A stretch of DNA of 28,473 bases, taken from a virus. Each line of letters starts with the position of its first letter. The stretch's first letter is position 1. A program made the position numbers and the translations under genes. The notes below the pieces were generated by a model that saw only the letters and a list, made by a program, of their open reading frames with translations, made no database searches and was not told the origin of the DNA. This document shows, in pieces, positions 1 through 7,252 of this stretch. The DNA lies in the UHGV virus genome UHGV-0135791, one strand, 5' to 3'.

Positions 1-118
1 ACACTAGGTATGAATCTATCTATTCAGTAGAGCGGGTAATTGTCCGTAACCTGAAACTTAAGCCGGGCGTTTCTTTTTGCGGGATGGTTGGCGTGTAACA
101 AACACCAATAAAATTTAA

Positions 119-147
119 TTGCACGCTGAGATAGAATAGGCTACTAT
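119..147 (+). promoter_or_regulatory. sigma70-like early promoter, TTGCAC-N17-TACTAT
   Basis: -35 TTGCAC 119-124, 17-nt spacer, -10 TACTAT 142-147. The block AATAGGCTACTATTCA (135-150) recurs nearly identically in two minus-strand promoters. Confidence 0.45.
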
Positions 148-178
148 TCATTTACACGAACGAGAGGAGAGACAGAAG

Positions 179-328
179 ATGGTTACTTTGATGATTATGG
201 AATTCGAAAACAGCGCTGCGACCTATCGCGAGATGACTATGGCGCAGGCGTACCGTCTGGCGTCAAACGGCAACTTCTACAAGGCTCAAATCATCAATGA
301 GTTCGGGGTAATTGACTATGAATTTTAG
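179..328 (+). CDS. small early protein, 49 aa, unknown function
   Basis: ATG 179 preceded by GAGAGGAGAGAC Shine-Dalgarno block; open to TAG 326-328; below the ORF track size cutoff. Confidence 0.45.
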   Translation: MVTLMIMEFENSAATYREMTMAQAYRLASNGNFYKAQIINEFGVIDYEF

Positions 329-590
329 AAGCTACACCGTGACTGTTGATTTTGAGGGGCTGGAGTTGCCCCTCCCTAACAACTACAGGTATATAACTCG
401 TGACCGTTTCGGGTTTATTCAGGGGTGGCGGAACAAACCAACAGACACTGAGTTCGGGATGTCAGGAGGAGAAGAGTTGCCGATCACGTTCGGACATCAA
501 AGTAGCAATGAAGAACTTAAAACGGTGATTCGTAAGTATCGCCGCCGTGGCAACACGGGGCTTATCGCGATAACAGGCGCTGTTGAATAA
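318..590 (+). CDS. hypothetical early protein, 90 aa
   Basis: Track ORF 312-590; first ATG at 318; overlaps the upstream gene by 11 nt. Confidence 0.5.
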   Translation: MNFRSYTVTVDFEGLELPLPNNYRYITRDRFGFIQGWRNKPTDTEFGMSGGEELPITFGHQSSNEELKTVIRKYRRRGNTGLIAITGAVE

Positions 591-609
591 ACGAGAGGAG
601 AGACGGGAG

Positions 610-828
610 ATGTTCCTGGAATGTAAATCCTACGATGGCTATTGGGTGCTCACTAAAAACGACCTGTACCACCTCAAAGAAGACGGCGACGAGAGCCGCT
701 GCTACATAATAGACGACAACGGCACTGAACTTGATGTCTATTACACCGGGTACGGTCGCTGGGCGTTATCCGCAGACGATGACTTTGTGTTCGAAGAATA
801 TAACGGAGAGGAGACAGAAGATGAGTAA
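610..828 (+). CDS. hypothetical acidic early protein, 72 aa
   Basis: ATG 610 directly after CGAGAGGAGAGACGGGAG; within track ORF 583-828. Confidence 0.6.
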   Translation: MFLECKSYDGYWVLTKNDLYHLKEDGDESRCYIIDDNGTELDVYYTGYGRWALSADDDFVFEEYNGEETEDE

Positions 829-1336
829 CAAAAACGAAGTATTCGAGTACCTGATTGACCAACTACGGCAGCAGGTAAATAGCCGCCAGTGCGAAGACCT
901 GGCCCACGAGGTGCAGTCACTTAAGAACCAGTTACGTGATGCTTCGGCACAGATTAAGGAGTTGACACTCGCGCTCGATAGTTCGGATAACGAGGTTATG
1001 TGCCTTCGCTCAATCGTCGACATAAACCCTAAAGGTGCGATTGGGTACATCCGGCGGGCAAATAGCGCAATGACTGGCACCATGCGCCGCCAATACCTTA
1101 GCAAAGCACTTGAGGAACTCGGATGTAAGGACACGCCAGAGCAATCCGGCTGCCGTAAGGAAGATACCCACGAGTGTTACCATAACTGGCGTTTCGTTAA
1201 TGGCAAGGCTCCCGCCGTGTGCATCAATTGCGGCGCGACTAAATCCAGCGAGTGTGAGCACGAATGGCGAGTCGCAACCTTTTATGGGGCCAGAGTATCC
1301 CCGACGTACTGCCGTAAATGCGGGTTAAAGAAATGA
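821..1336 (+). CDS. hypothetical protein with N-terminal coiled-coil-like region and C-terminal Cys-rich zinc-ribbon-like region, 171 aa
   Basis: ATG 821 after GGAGAGGAGACAGAAG; C-terminus carries CINCG and CRKCG pairs; stop overlaps the next start (ATGA). Confidence 0.6.
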   Translation: MSNKNEVFEYLIDQLRQQVNSRQCEDLAHEVQSLKNQLRDASAQIKELTLALDSSDNEVMCLRSIVDINPKGAIGYIRRANSAMTGTMRRQYLSKALEELGCKDTPEQSGCRKEDTHECYHNWRFVNGKAPAVCINCGATKSSECEHEWRVATFYGARVSPTYCRKCGLKK

Positions 1337-1533
1337 CCAGCATCCTTTTTATCTGGACACTGACCGCAGGCCAGATGCAACTCGCGGCATCAGAAACGTT
1401 TTATTCACTGGAGGCGTGCCAGGTTGCGGCACGCAACGCAGAGAACGCGCACTTCCTGTTTCAGGATAAGCCGATTGATACTGAGGTACGCGCAACATGC
1501 TCAACGAAACGATTAGCTAAGCAGGAGAAGTAA
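1333..1533 (+). CDS. small protein with hydrophobic signal-like N-terminus, 66 aa
   Basis: ATGA stop-start overlap with upstream gene; N-terminus MTSILFIWTLTAGQMQLAASE. Confidence 0.4.
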   Translation: MTSILFIWTLTAGQMQLAASETFYSLEACQVAARNAENAHFLFQDKPIDTEVRATCSTKRLAKQEK

Positions 1534-1535
1534 TT

Positions 1536-1739
1536 ATGGTGCAGAGATATTCTAAGTATGGGTCTGACAACCATTTCATTGACCGCCACGGGAAGTGGGT
1601 TAAGTTTGAGGACTACCAGAATCTTGACCTAAAGCTGTTGGAAGTTGAAGCCGAGTTACAGAAATACAAAGACCAGTTTCCGGATTACGTCGAGTGCGCG
1701 AATTGTGGGTCAGTTACACATGTGGAAGGGGTGGAGTGA
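1536..1739 (+). CDS. small early protein, 67 aa; paralog of the next gene
   Basis: RBS AGGAGA then ATG 1536; begins MVQRY; ends with CANCGSVTH. Confidence 0.55.
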   Translation: MVQRYSKYGSDNHFIDRHGKWVKFEDYQNLDLKLLEVEAELQKYKDQFPDYVECANCGSVTHVEGVE

Positions 1740-1921
1740 TGGTACAGAGATATGAGGTTAGAGGGAGTGAAATTGGAAGTGGTGCGGATTGGGTCGCGGT
1801 CGTTACCTATGAGGATTACGTAAAACTTGAGCTTAAGTTACGTAGGCTCGCCAAACAGGTGATAGACCGCCCGTGCAACTGGAAGACGTATGAATTAGCG
1901 CGCGAGATTCTCGACTTATGA
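1739..1921 (+). CDS. small early protein, 60 aa; paralog of the previous gene
   Basis: TGATG stop-start coupling; also begins MVQRY and shares the EDY..L.LKL motif. Confidence 0.5.
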   Translation: MVQRYEVRGSEIGSGADWVAVVTYEDYVKLELKLRRLAKQVIDRPCNWKTYELAREILDL

Positions 1922-2211
1922 CACTCGCAACTGACATCCTGAAACGAAGCGGCATTACACCGCTGTCACCGAGAGCTAAAACACAGATATACAAGCGCCG
2001 CTGTAACGCGCTGTACCTTGAGATTCAGGCCAGGCGCAAAGCTATCCGCGCCTGTGGATTCCAGAACGGGAAGGCCGTGAATCTCGGTGAGTTTAAAACA
2101 CAGGAACGCACCGCTATCGCAAATCGGTTATTTAATTACTGGAAATCGCTGGGGTATGAAGATATTCCGACTAAACCGCAGAGACGACAATACATCTGGA
2201 GGCACAAATAA
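1918..2211 (+). CDS. hypothetical basic protein, 97 aa
   Basis: ATGA overlap with upstream gene; Lys/Arg-rich. Confidence 0.55.
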   Translation: MTLATDILKRSGITPLSPRAKTQIYKRRCNALYLEIQARRKAIRACGFQNGKAVNLGEFKTQERTAIANRLFNYWKSLGYEDIPTKPQRRQYIWRHK

Positions 2212-2241
2212 ACCGTTATTAGGATAATTCCTACCCGTGGT

Positions 2242-2282
2242 ATCCTCCAGTTACTGCATACTTAATACGCACCTGGAGGATT
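2242..2282 (+). promoter_or_regulatory. stem-loop sequestering the holin Shine-Dalgarno
   Basis: 9-bp inverted repeat ATCCTCCAG (2242-2250) / CTGGAGGAT (2274-2282) with 23-nt loop; GGAGG at 2276-2280 lies in the 3' arm, 6 nt before the TTG start. Confidence 0.5.
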
Positions 2283-2286
2283 CATC

Positions 2287-2595
2287 TTGGATAAATTTAC
2301 TGAAACAGTAACGGGGTGGCTTCTCGCTGCCGCTCTGGCTGGTGGGGTCATCGGACTACGACAACATAAGTCCGTTATTTCTGGCCCTATCGACGGATTC
2401 TGCTTTATCGCAACCGGCTTCACCTGCGCCGTATTTGGCGCACCTCTCGCAGCTCAATGGTTTGGTATCACGGGCGACCGTGAAATCGCTGGCCTGGGCT
2501 TTATCATCGCTGTTCTCTGGATGCCTATCTATTCCCGTCTCTCCGGTATCGTCGCCGGAGAATACATCGCACGTCGAGGGGGTACAGATGAATGA
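2287..2595 (+). CDS. holin (putative, three predicted TMDs), TTG start
   Basis: 102 aa with three hydrophobic segments and a charged C-terminus; immediately upstream of the endolysin; no in-frame ATG near the 5' end. Confidence 0.6.
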   Translation: MDKFTETVTGWLLAAALAGGVIGLRQHKSVISGPIDGFCFIATGFTCAVFGAPLAAQWFGITGDREIAGLGFIIAVLWMPIYSRLSGIVAGEYIARRGGTDE

Positions 2596-2860
2596 GTTAT
2601 TCTGGTTCGGTGGTATGCTGGCAATCGGAGGCACATCGCTGTTTAATGTATACCATCCCAGCGTTGACGACGGGTTATTTGGTCGCGTGCTCTATATCCT
2701 GACCGCTATCATCTGCGCTGCCGGTTGTATCCACCTGTTACAAGGCAGCATGTCACCAACGTTGCCTGAGACATTAATCACATTAGTTGCGCTGCGCCAG
2801 ATTCGCCAGGCGTGGCTGTCATACGGAGGATACAAGCGTGTCTCGAAATATTTCAGATAA
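2588..2860 (+). CDS. second lysis-cassette membrane protein (holin or antiholin-like), 90 aa
   Basis: ATG 2588 overlaps the holin stop; two hydrophobic helices; ends 22 nt into the endolysin gene. Confidence 0.5.
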   Translation: MNELFWFGGMLAIGGTSLFNVYHPSVDDGLFGRVLYILTAIICAAGCIHLLQGSMSPTLPETLITLVALRQIRQAWLSYGGYKRVSKYFR

Positions 2861-3326
2861 TGGATTGCATTTCACCGCCGCGTTCGAGGGGTTCCGAGGA
2901 ACTGCATATCGTGCTACTCCGAACGAGAAGTACCTGACTATTGGCTACGGGCATTACGGGCCAGACGTAACCCCAGGTAAGACCATCACACCAGGACAGG
3001 GCTTGTTGTTACTGAATCGCGATATGGCTAAGGCCGTAGCTGCGGTTGACGCAGCAGCCCACCATTCTCTCACGCAGGCACAGTTCGACGCTGTGTGCGA
3101 CCTGGTGTATAACGCAGGTGCTGGCGTGATTGCGGCTACTACAGGCACGGGTGAGGCGCTGCGCTCCGGCGATGTTGCGACGCTGCGTGCCAAGCTGGCG
3201 CTGTTCATCAACCAGAACGGCAAACCGCTCCTCGGCCTGCGTCGCCGCACGGCTGGTCGCCTGGCGCTGTTCGACGGTAAACCGTGGCAAGAGGCAGAGG
3301 CTATTGGGCGCGCGGTGAAAGGTTGA
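2838..3326 (+). CDS. endolysin, GH24 (T4/P22 gp19-type) lysozyme
   Basis: GTG start 7 nt after ACGGAGGA; translation has the P22 gp19-like pattern (ISDNG..., IGYGH, QAQFDAVCDLVYNAG, LGLRRRTAGRLALF), matched from memory. Confidence 0.8.
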   Translation: MSRNISDNGLHFTAAFEGFRGTAYRATPNEKYLTIGYGHYGPDVTPGKTITPGQGLLLLNRDMAKAVAAVDAAAHHSLTQAQFDAVCDLVYNAGAGVIAATTGTGEALRSGDVATLRAKLALFINQNGKPLLGLRRRTAGRLALFDGKPWQEAEAIGRAVKG

Positions 3327-3392
3327 CACATAAGACTAATCCGACGATACTTAAATCACCTCCTGCTTCATCCCTCTACTCTCCAGTTTTAT

Positions 3393-3424
3393 CCCGGCCC
3401 TGACCCAGCCGGGATTTTTTTTTT
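3393..3424 (+). terminator. rho-independent terminator
   Basis: CCCGGC (3393-3398) / GCCGGG (3408-3413) stem followed by a 10-T run. Confidence 0.75.
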
Positions 3425-3446
3425 ATCTATTTTCTGCAATGACTAG

Positions 3447-3475
3447 TTGACTATTACATTCGACCCTACTATATT
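3447..3475 (+). promoter_or_regulatory. sigma70-like promoter, TTGACT-N17-TATATT
   Basis: -35 TTGACT 3447-3452, 17-nt spacer, -10 TATATT 3470-3475; sits just after the terminator and before a run of small genes. Confidence 0.5.
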
Positions 3476-3582
3476 TACTCCATCGACAACGAGAACGGAG
3501 TAGAGAAGATGAGTAACTTCCATAATGGGCATGTGATGCAGTTCTACCGCCATAATCTGAAAACTAAAGGAGTGTTTGGAAA

Positions 3583-3732
3583 ATGAAAATCACAGATAAA
3601 GAAGCATTCGAAGACGCGCAACTGATGGCACGCATCGCCGTTAGCAACCTTGGCGGAAGCATTCCTGCGGATTCGTTCTGGGCGGCAGCGATGAAGGCAC
3701 TGAAAGAAGCTTATGCAGGAGAGAAGAAATGA
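3583..3732 (+). CDS. small hypothetical protein, 49 aa
   Basis: AAGGAG upstream of ATG 3583; below track cutoff. Confidence 0.4.
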   Translation: MKITDKEAFEDAQLMARIAVSNLGGSIPADSFWAAAMKALKEAYAGEKK

Positions 3733-3887
3733 GCGAACAAGGCCCGGTAAGCCAGCCATTACGAGTAGGCCGTAAAGTCAGCCACACCCCGTTCCCGCCA
3801 CGCGAGGAACTGTTGAAACGTAACAGTTTCCCCGGGCCGGACAGGAACAAGTATCTCAATCGCATGTGGGGAGAGCGTAAAGAATGA
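3729..3887 (+). CDS. small hypothetical protein, 52 aa
   Basis: ATGA overlap with upstream gene; AGGAGAG RBS; below track cutoff. Confidence 0.4.
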   Translation: MSEQGPVSQPLRVGRKVSHTPFPPREELLKRNSFPGPDRNKYLNRMWGERKE

Positions 3888-4108
3888 CTGACCGCGACTA
3901 CGAAAAGATGATGGTAGAGGCCGTTAACGGCGGCGTAGACATTAGCCACGTTATGCACGTCCTGAATACTAAAATAGCGGTAGCCGAGCAAATGGTTGAG
4001 TCGCTTTACGAGACACGCCGTGAACTGATTAACCGCTTCAACCTGAACAAGGGTGGCACCAATGCCATCGACGCCGGCAAAATCTCAGGCGTGAAGCTGG
4101 AGGATTAA
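3884..4108 (+). CDS. hypothetical protein, 74 aa
   Basis: Track ORF; ATGA overlap with upstream gene; GGAGAG RBS. Confidence 0.55.
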   Translation: MTDRDYEKMMVEAVNGGVDISHVMHVLNTKIAVAEQMVESLYETRRELINRFNLNKGGTNAIDAGKISGVKLED

Positions 4109-4113
4109 CAAAA

Positions 4114-4413
4114 ATGAGTAGTAGCACATTAGATAAAATTGAAAAAATGCAGGTCATCCTGCGAAATATGAAATCAGACATTAAGCGGCAGGACAGGTTG
4201 AATTCAATAAACGGAATGGAACTAACTACAAAGCAAGCGCAGAAGCGCAATGCAGAATCGGCATGGATAGCAATGGAACAGATTAAGCGTCGCCATGAAT
4301 TGCATGCCCTGTCTGTTGAGTTGGGATTTGCGGAACGAAGGGATGATTATAGCGCAATAGAGTTAACTGACGGATGGCATTGCTTTACCTACAAACCAAG
4401 AGAGCCAGATTGA
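4114..4413 (+). CDS. hypothetical protein, 99 aa
   Basis: Track ORF; GGAGGA 8 nt upstream of ATG. Confidence 0.6.
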   Translation: MSSSTLDKIEKMQVILRNMKSDIKRQDRLNSINGMELTTKQAQKRNAESAWIAMEQIKRRHELHALSVELGFAERRDDYSAIELTDGWHCFTYKPREPD

Positions 4414-4643
4414 GCCGCAAGAAATTCGCAAGCAAAGCTGCAGGCCCTCACTTAGGGGGCTTTTGTTGGCTAGAACCAGTAGTTATTGATGGCGTCCTGT
4501 GGAAACCTTACTCGGTTAACCACATTGATGCCGACGGGAAGAAGTTCAGCTTCTACATTTTTGCAATTAGCCGTGAGCACGCTGCCTGTGTGGTCGACGA
4601 TATACGAGAAACGGCGTGGCTCGGTGATGAGATAGTGGGGTAA
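4374..4643 (+). CDS. hypothetical protein, 89 aa (start uncertain)
   Basis: Track ORF overlapping the previous gene by 40 nt; weak RBS. Confidence 0.35.
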   Translation: MALLYLQTKRARLSRKKFASKAAGPHLGGFCWLEPVVIDGVLWKPYSVNHIDADGKKFSFYIFAISREHAACVVDDIRETAWLGDEIVG

Positions 4644-4646
4644 TTA

Positions 4647-4817
4647 TGTTTAGTGACATCAACGCAGCAATCGAAGAAGCAATCTGGCGTCGCTACAACG
4701 GCGAGCAACAACGGCACTTCTGCCTGGTGCAGCGCGGTAACATGATTGCCGTGGTGCAGGACCGGGATAATAAATACCCAAATGCAATGTGGACGACGAG
4801 GAATTTCTTAGGATGAT
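4647..4817 (+). CDS. small hypothetical protein, 56 aa
   Basis: ATG 4647 after GTGGGG; below track cutoff. Confidence 0.4.
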
Positions 4818-5049
4818 TACCAGCATTCCGAACCTGATTAAAGAATTCGGCACGATGGCGGAGACATGCCGACAAACCGGCATCAACGAAATGACTATTC
4901 GCAAGTACAGCAAAGACGTAGACTGCGAGCGCCATGTAATTTATAACAACCGTCTGATGACGCACGTTAAGACAAGCCCGGTGTTATTCACGCGCCGCGG
5001 TATCACAAAGACTGAGCAACGTATTGCTAAAGAGGAGAGTAAGGAATGA
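4813..5049 (+). CDS. hypothetical protein, 78 aa, possible HTH
   Basis: ATGA overlap at 4813-4817; segment AETCRQTGINEMTIRKYSK resembles a helix-turn-helix. Confidence 0.45.
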   Translation: MITSIPNLIKEFGTMAETCRQTGINEMTIRKYSKDVDCERHVIYNNRLMTHVKTSPVLFTRRGITKTEQRIAKEESKE

Positions 5050-5228
5050 TTGAGTTTTTGAAGGCACTTGATGCCGCAGGTGACCTGGTGTTTTGGCTGG
5101 CCTTTCTCGTTGTGCTGATAAAACAACCGACTTTGTTTAACAGTCTTCCTCGCCATCTGTGGTGGCCTATGTTTTTAGGCATGGGTGTATCAGGAGTGGC
5201 AGGCATCCTGTTGTGGTTTTTCAAATGA
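5046..5228 (+). CDS. small membrane protein, 60 aa, two predicted TMDs
   Basis: Strong RBS AAGAGGAGAG; two hydrophobic helices. Confidence 0.55.
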   Translation: MIEFLKALDAAGDLVFWLAFLVVLIKQPTLFNSLPRHLWWPMFLGMGVSGVAGILLWFFK

Positions 5229-5329
5229 GACTGCTAATCATCTCTAACGCTTGGACTATCGCCGTAGCAAACGACCACTACGGTGGTGATGGTAAAAGAG
5301 CACCACGACACGGCACATACAACTGATAC

Positions 5330-5353
5330 AAGCCCTCTACGGAGGGCTTTTCT
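5330..5353 (+). terminator. putative rho-independent terminator
   Basis: AAGCCCTC / GAGGGCTT stem with TACG loop, then TTTCT. Confidence 0.45.
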
Positions 5354-5387
5354 GTACATCCCACCTAATCCCCTTATATAATCCCTT

Positions 5388-5432
5388 TAGACGCGTAGGG
5401 CGCGTCTGATGCGCTCTGATGGTCAGACGCAT
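5388..5432 (+). promoter_or_regulatory. paired hairpins and TCTGATG direct repeat upstream of TerS
   Basis: AGACGCG-TAGGG-CGCGTCT hairpin (5389-5407), then TGCGCTCTGA-TGG-TCAGACGCA with a TCTGATG direct repeat; possible -10 TATAAT at 5377-5382. Confidence 0.3.
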
Positions 5433-5447
5433 ATGCAAGGGGATTCT

Positions 5448-5993
5448 ATGAAGCTGAAACTCAAGCAGCCATCACCAGAGGTGGTGAAAGCAGCACATGA
5501 AGAAGCTGTTAGCGCAAACCGTCGCCGAAAACGGCCGCGCGGTAAACAGAGCCTTTATCAATCATCCCGTAATTCCGCCGCGTTGTGGGACCCGGACTAT
5601 TGCGACGCGTTAATCGAGTTCTTCGACCGCACGTCGTGGGAGCTTGTGCCTACGTCTAAGGGTGACGAACGCCCACTGATTCAGGATAAACCCCCATCAC
5701 TGGCCCGCTTCGCCCTGCACATCGGCGTCACTATCCCGATTATTAAGCTGTGGCTGCGTGAGATTCCGGCGTTTGCCGAAGCCTATGAAACCGCTCAGGC
5801 GCTGGAAGAGGCCTATTTCACTGAGACGGGAGCGGCAGGTATCTCTGCTACGTTTGCTGCCGCTAAACTAGGCCTTAGCAAAGAGAAACCCGTTGAATCC
5901 ACCGAAGAGACAGCACCGACTGAGATTGTGTTCACCGTAGCAGAGCCTGTAGGTAAAATAGTAACAACGAACATGGGCGAGGTAGCGGAATGA
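5448..5993 (+). CDS. terminase small subunit (putative)
   Basis: ATG 5448 after AAGGGGA; HTH-like segment PSLARFALHIGVTIPIIKLWLREIPAFAEAYETAQ; stop overlaps the TerL start. Confidence 0.65.
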   Translation: MKLKLKQPSPEVVKAAHEEAVSANRRRKRPRGKQSLYQSSRNSAALWDPDYCDALIEFFDRTSWELVPTSKGDERPLIQDKPPSLARFALHIGVTIPIIKLWLREIPAFAEAYETAQALEEAYFTETGAAGISATFAAAKLGLSKEKPVESTEETAPTEIVFTVAEPVGKIVTTNMGEVAE

Positions 5994-7240
5994 GTATTCA
6001 GCTATCCGCCCCTCAGGCGCTGTTCCTGAACTGTGAGAACAAATATAAGGCCTACGTCGGCGGCTTCGGCAGCGGCAAGACGTTTGTCGGCTGTCTGGAC
6101 CTGCTTACATTCATGCTTAAGCACCCCGGTACGCGCCTCGGTTACTTCGGCCCTACCTACCCGGCTATCCGTGACATCTTCTATCCAACGTTCGAGGAAG
6201 CGGCTAACCTCCTGGGCCTTGATGTTCTGGTTAAATCCGGCGACAAAGAGGTCGTCGTTACGCGAGGTAAGACGGTAATCGGAACAGTAATCTGCCGCTC
6301 GATGGATAACCCCGGCTCTATCGTCGGTTTCAAAATCGCGGCTGCGGTCGTGGATGAACTGGACGTACTGAGCCGTGAGAAAGCTGAGCTGGCGTGGAAC
6401 AAAATCGTAGCCCGTATGCGTCTGGTTATTCCTGGCGTAACCAACCACATCTCCGTCACCACGACGCCGGAAGGGTTCAAGTTCGTATACGCCAAATTCA
6501 AAGAGAACCCGACGCCGAGTTACTCGATGGTCCAGGCCTCAACTCACGAGAACGCGAGATTCCTGCCGCCGGATTATATCAGCTCGCTGACCGAGACCTA
6601 CCCGGCGCAGTTGATTAACGCTTATCTGAACGGGGAGTTCGTCAACCTTACTTCCGGCAGCGTGTATTACGCCTACGACCGCCGTAAGCACCGCAGCAAA
6701 GAGACAATCCAACCCGGCGACACGCTGTACATCGGGCAGGACTTCAACGTTACGAAGAACGCAAGCGCCGTGTATGTGCAACGTAAAGACGGTTGGCACG
6801 CGGTAGCAGAACTGAAAGGCCTGTTCGATACGCCTGACACCGTGAGGGTGATTACTGAGAAGTGGAAGTCGCAAGGCCATCGCATCGTCGTGTACCCGGA
6901 CGCCAGCGGCAAGAACCGAAAGACCAACTCGGCGTCAATCTCTGACATCGCTTTACTCCAGCAGGCTGGTTTCGATGTGCGGGCTAAATCCGCCAACCCG
7001 CCGGTTAAAGACCGTGTTTTAGCCGTGAATGCTGCGCTGGAAAAAGGTAAGCTGTGGGTTAACGACCACTTATGCCCGGAGATAGCCAAGACGCTGGAGC
7101 AACAGGCGTATGACGACAACGGCGAGCCAGTTAAAGACGGCATCATCGACCATATGGCGGATGCTCTCGGCTATCCTGTAGTTTACGAGATGCCGGTGGT
7201 TAAACCAGTAATCAACATCCCGGTGACTTTCGCACTTTAA
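5990..7240 (+). CDS. terminase large subunit
   Basis: Walker A GGFGSGKT and Walker B-like AAVVDELD; 416 aa; ATGA coupling with TerS. Confidence 0.9.
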   Translation: MSIQLSAPQALFLNCENKYKAYVGGFGSGKTFVGCLDLLTFMLKHPGTRLGYFGPTYPAIRDIFYPTFEEAANLLGLDVLVKSGDKEVVVTRGKTVIGTVICRSMDNPGSIVGFKIAAAVVDELDVLSREKAELAWNKIVARMRLVIPGVTNHISVTTTPEGFKFVYAKFKENPTPSYSMVQASTHENARFLPPDYISSLTETYPAQLINAYLNGEFVNLTSGSVYYAYDRRKHRSKETIQPGDTLYIGQDFNVTKNASAVYVQRKDGWHAVAELKGLFDTPDTVRVITEKWKSQGHRIVVYPDASGKNRKTNSASISDIALLQQAGFDVRAKSANPPVKDRVLAVNAALEKGKLWVNDHLCPEIAKTLEQQAYDDNGEPVKDGIIDHMADALGYPVVYEMPVVKPVINIPVTFAL

Positions 7241-7252
7241 GAGGATTATTCA

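Noticed and set aside
731-820. N-terminal extension of the 821-1336 gene (track start 731)
   Set aside because: Overlaps the upstream gene and lacks an RBS; ATG 821 follows the conserved GGAGAGGAGAC block.
2342-2860. 172-aa + strand ORF spanning the holin region
   Set aside because: Its 5' part is an alternative frame across the holin gene; the supported gene in this frame begins at ATG 2588.
5409-5447. Upstream in-frame ATGs for the small terminase (MRSDGQTHMQGDS extension)
   Set aside because: No Shine-Dalgarno and embedded in the palindromic region; ATG 5448 has an AAGGGGA RBS.
6002-7146. Several minus-strand ORFs (6002-6448, 6181-6501, 6539-6880, 6673-7146)
   Set aside because: All lie inside the terminase large subunit gene, which has Walker motifs; these are antisense artefacts.
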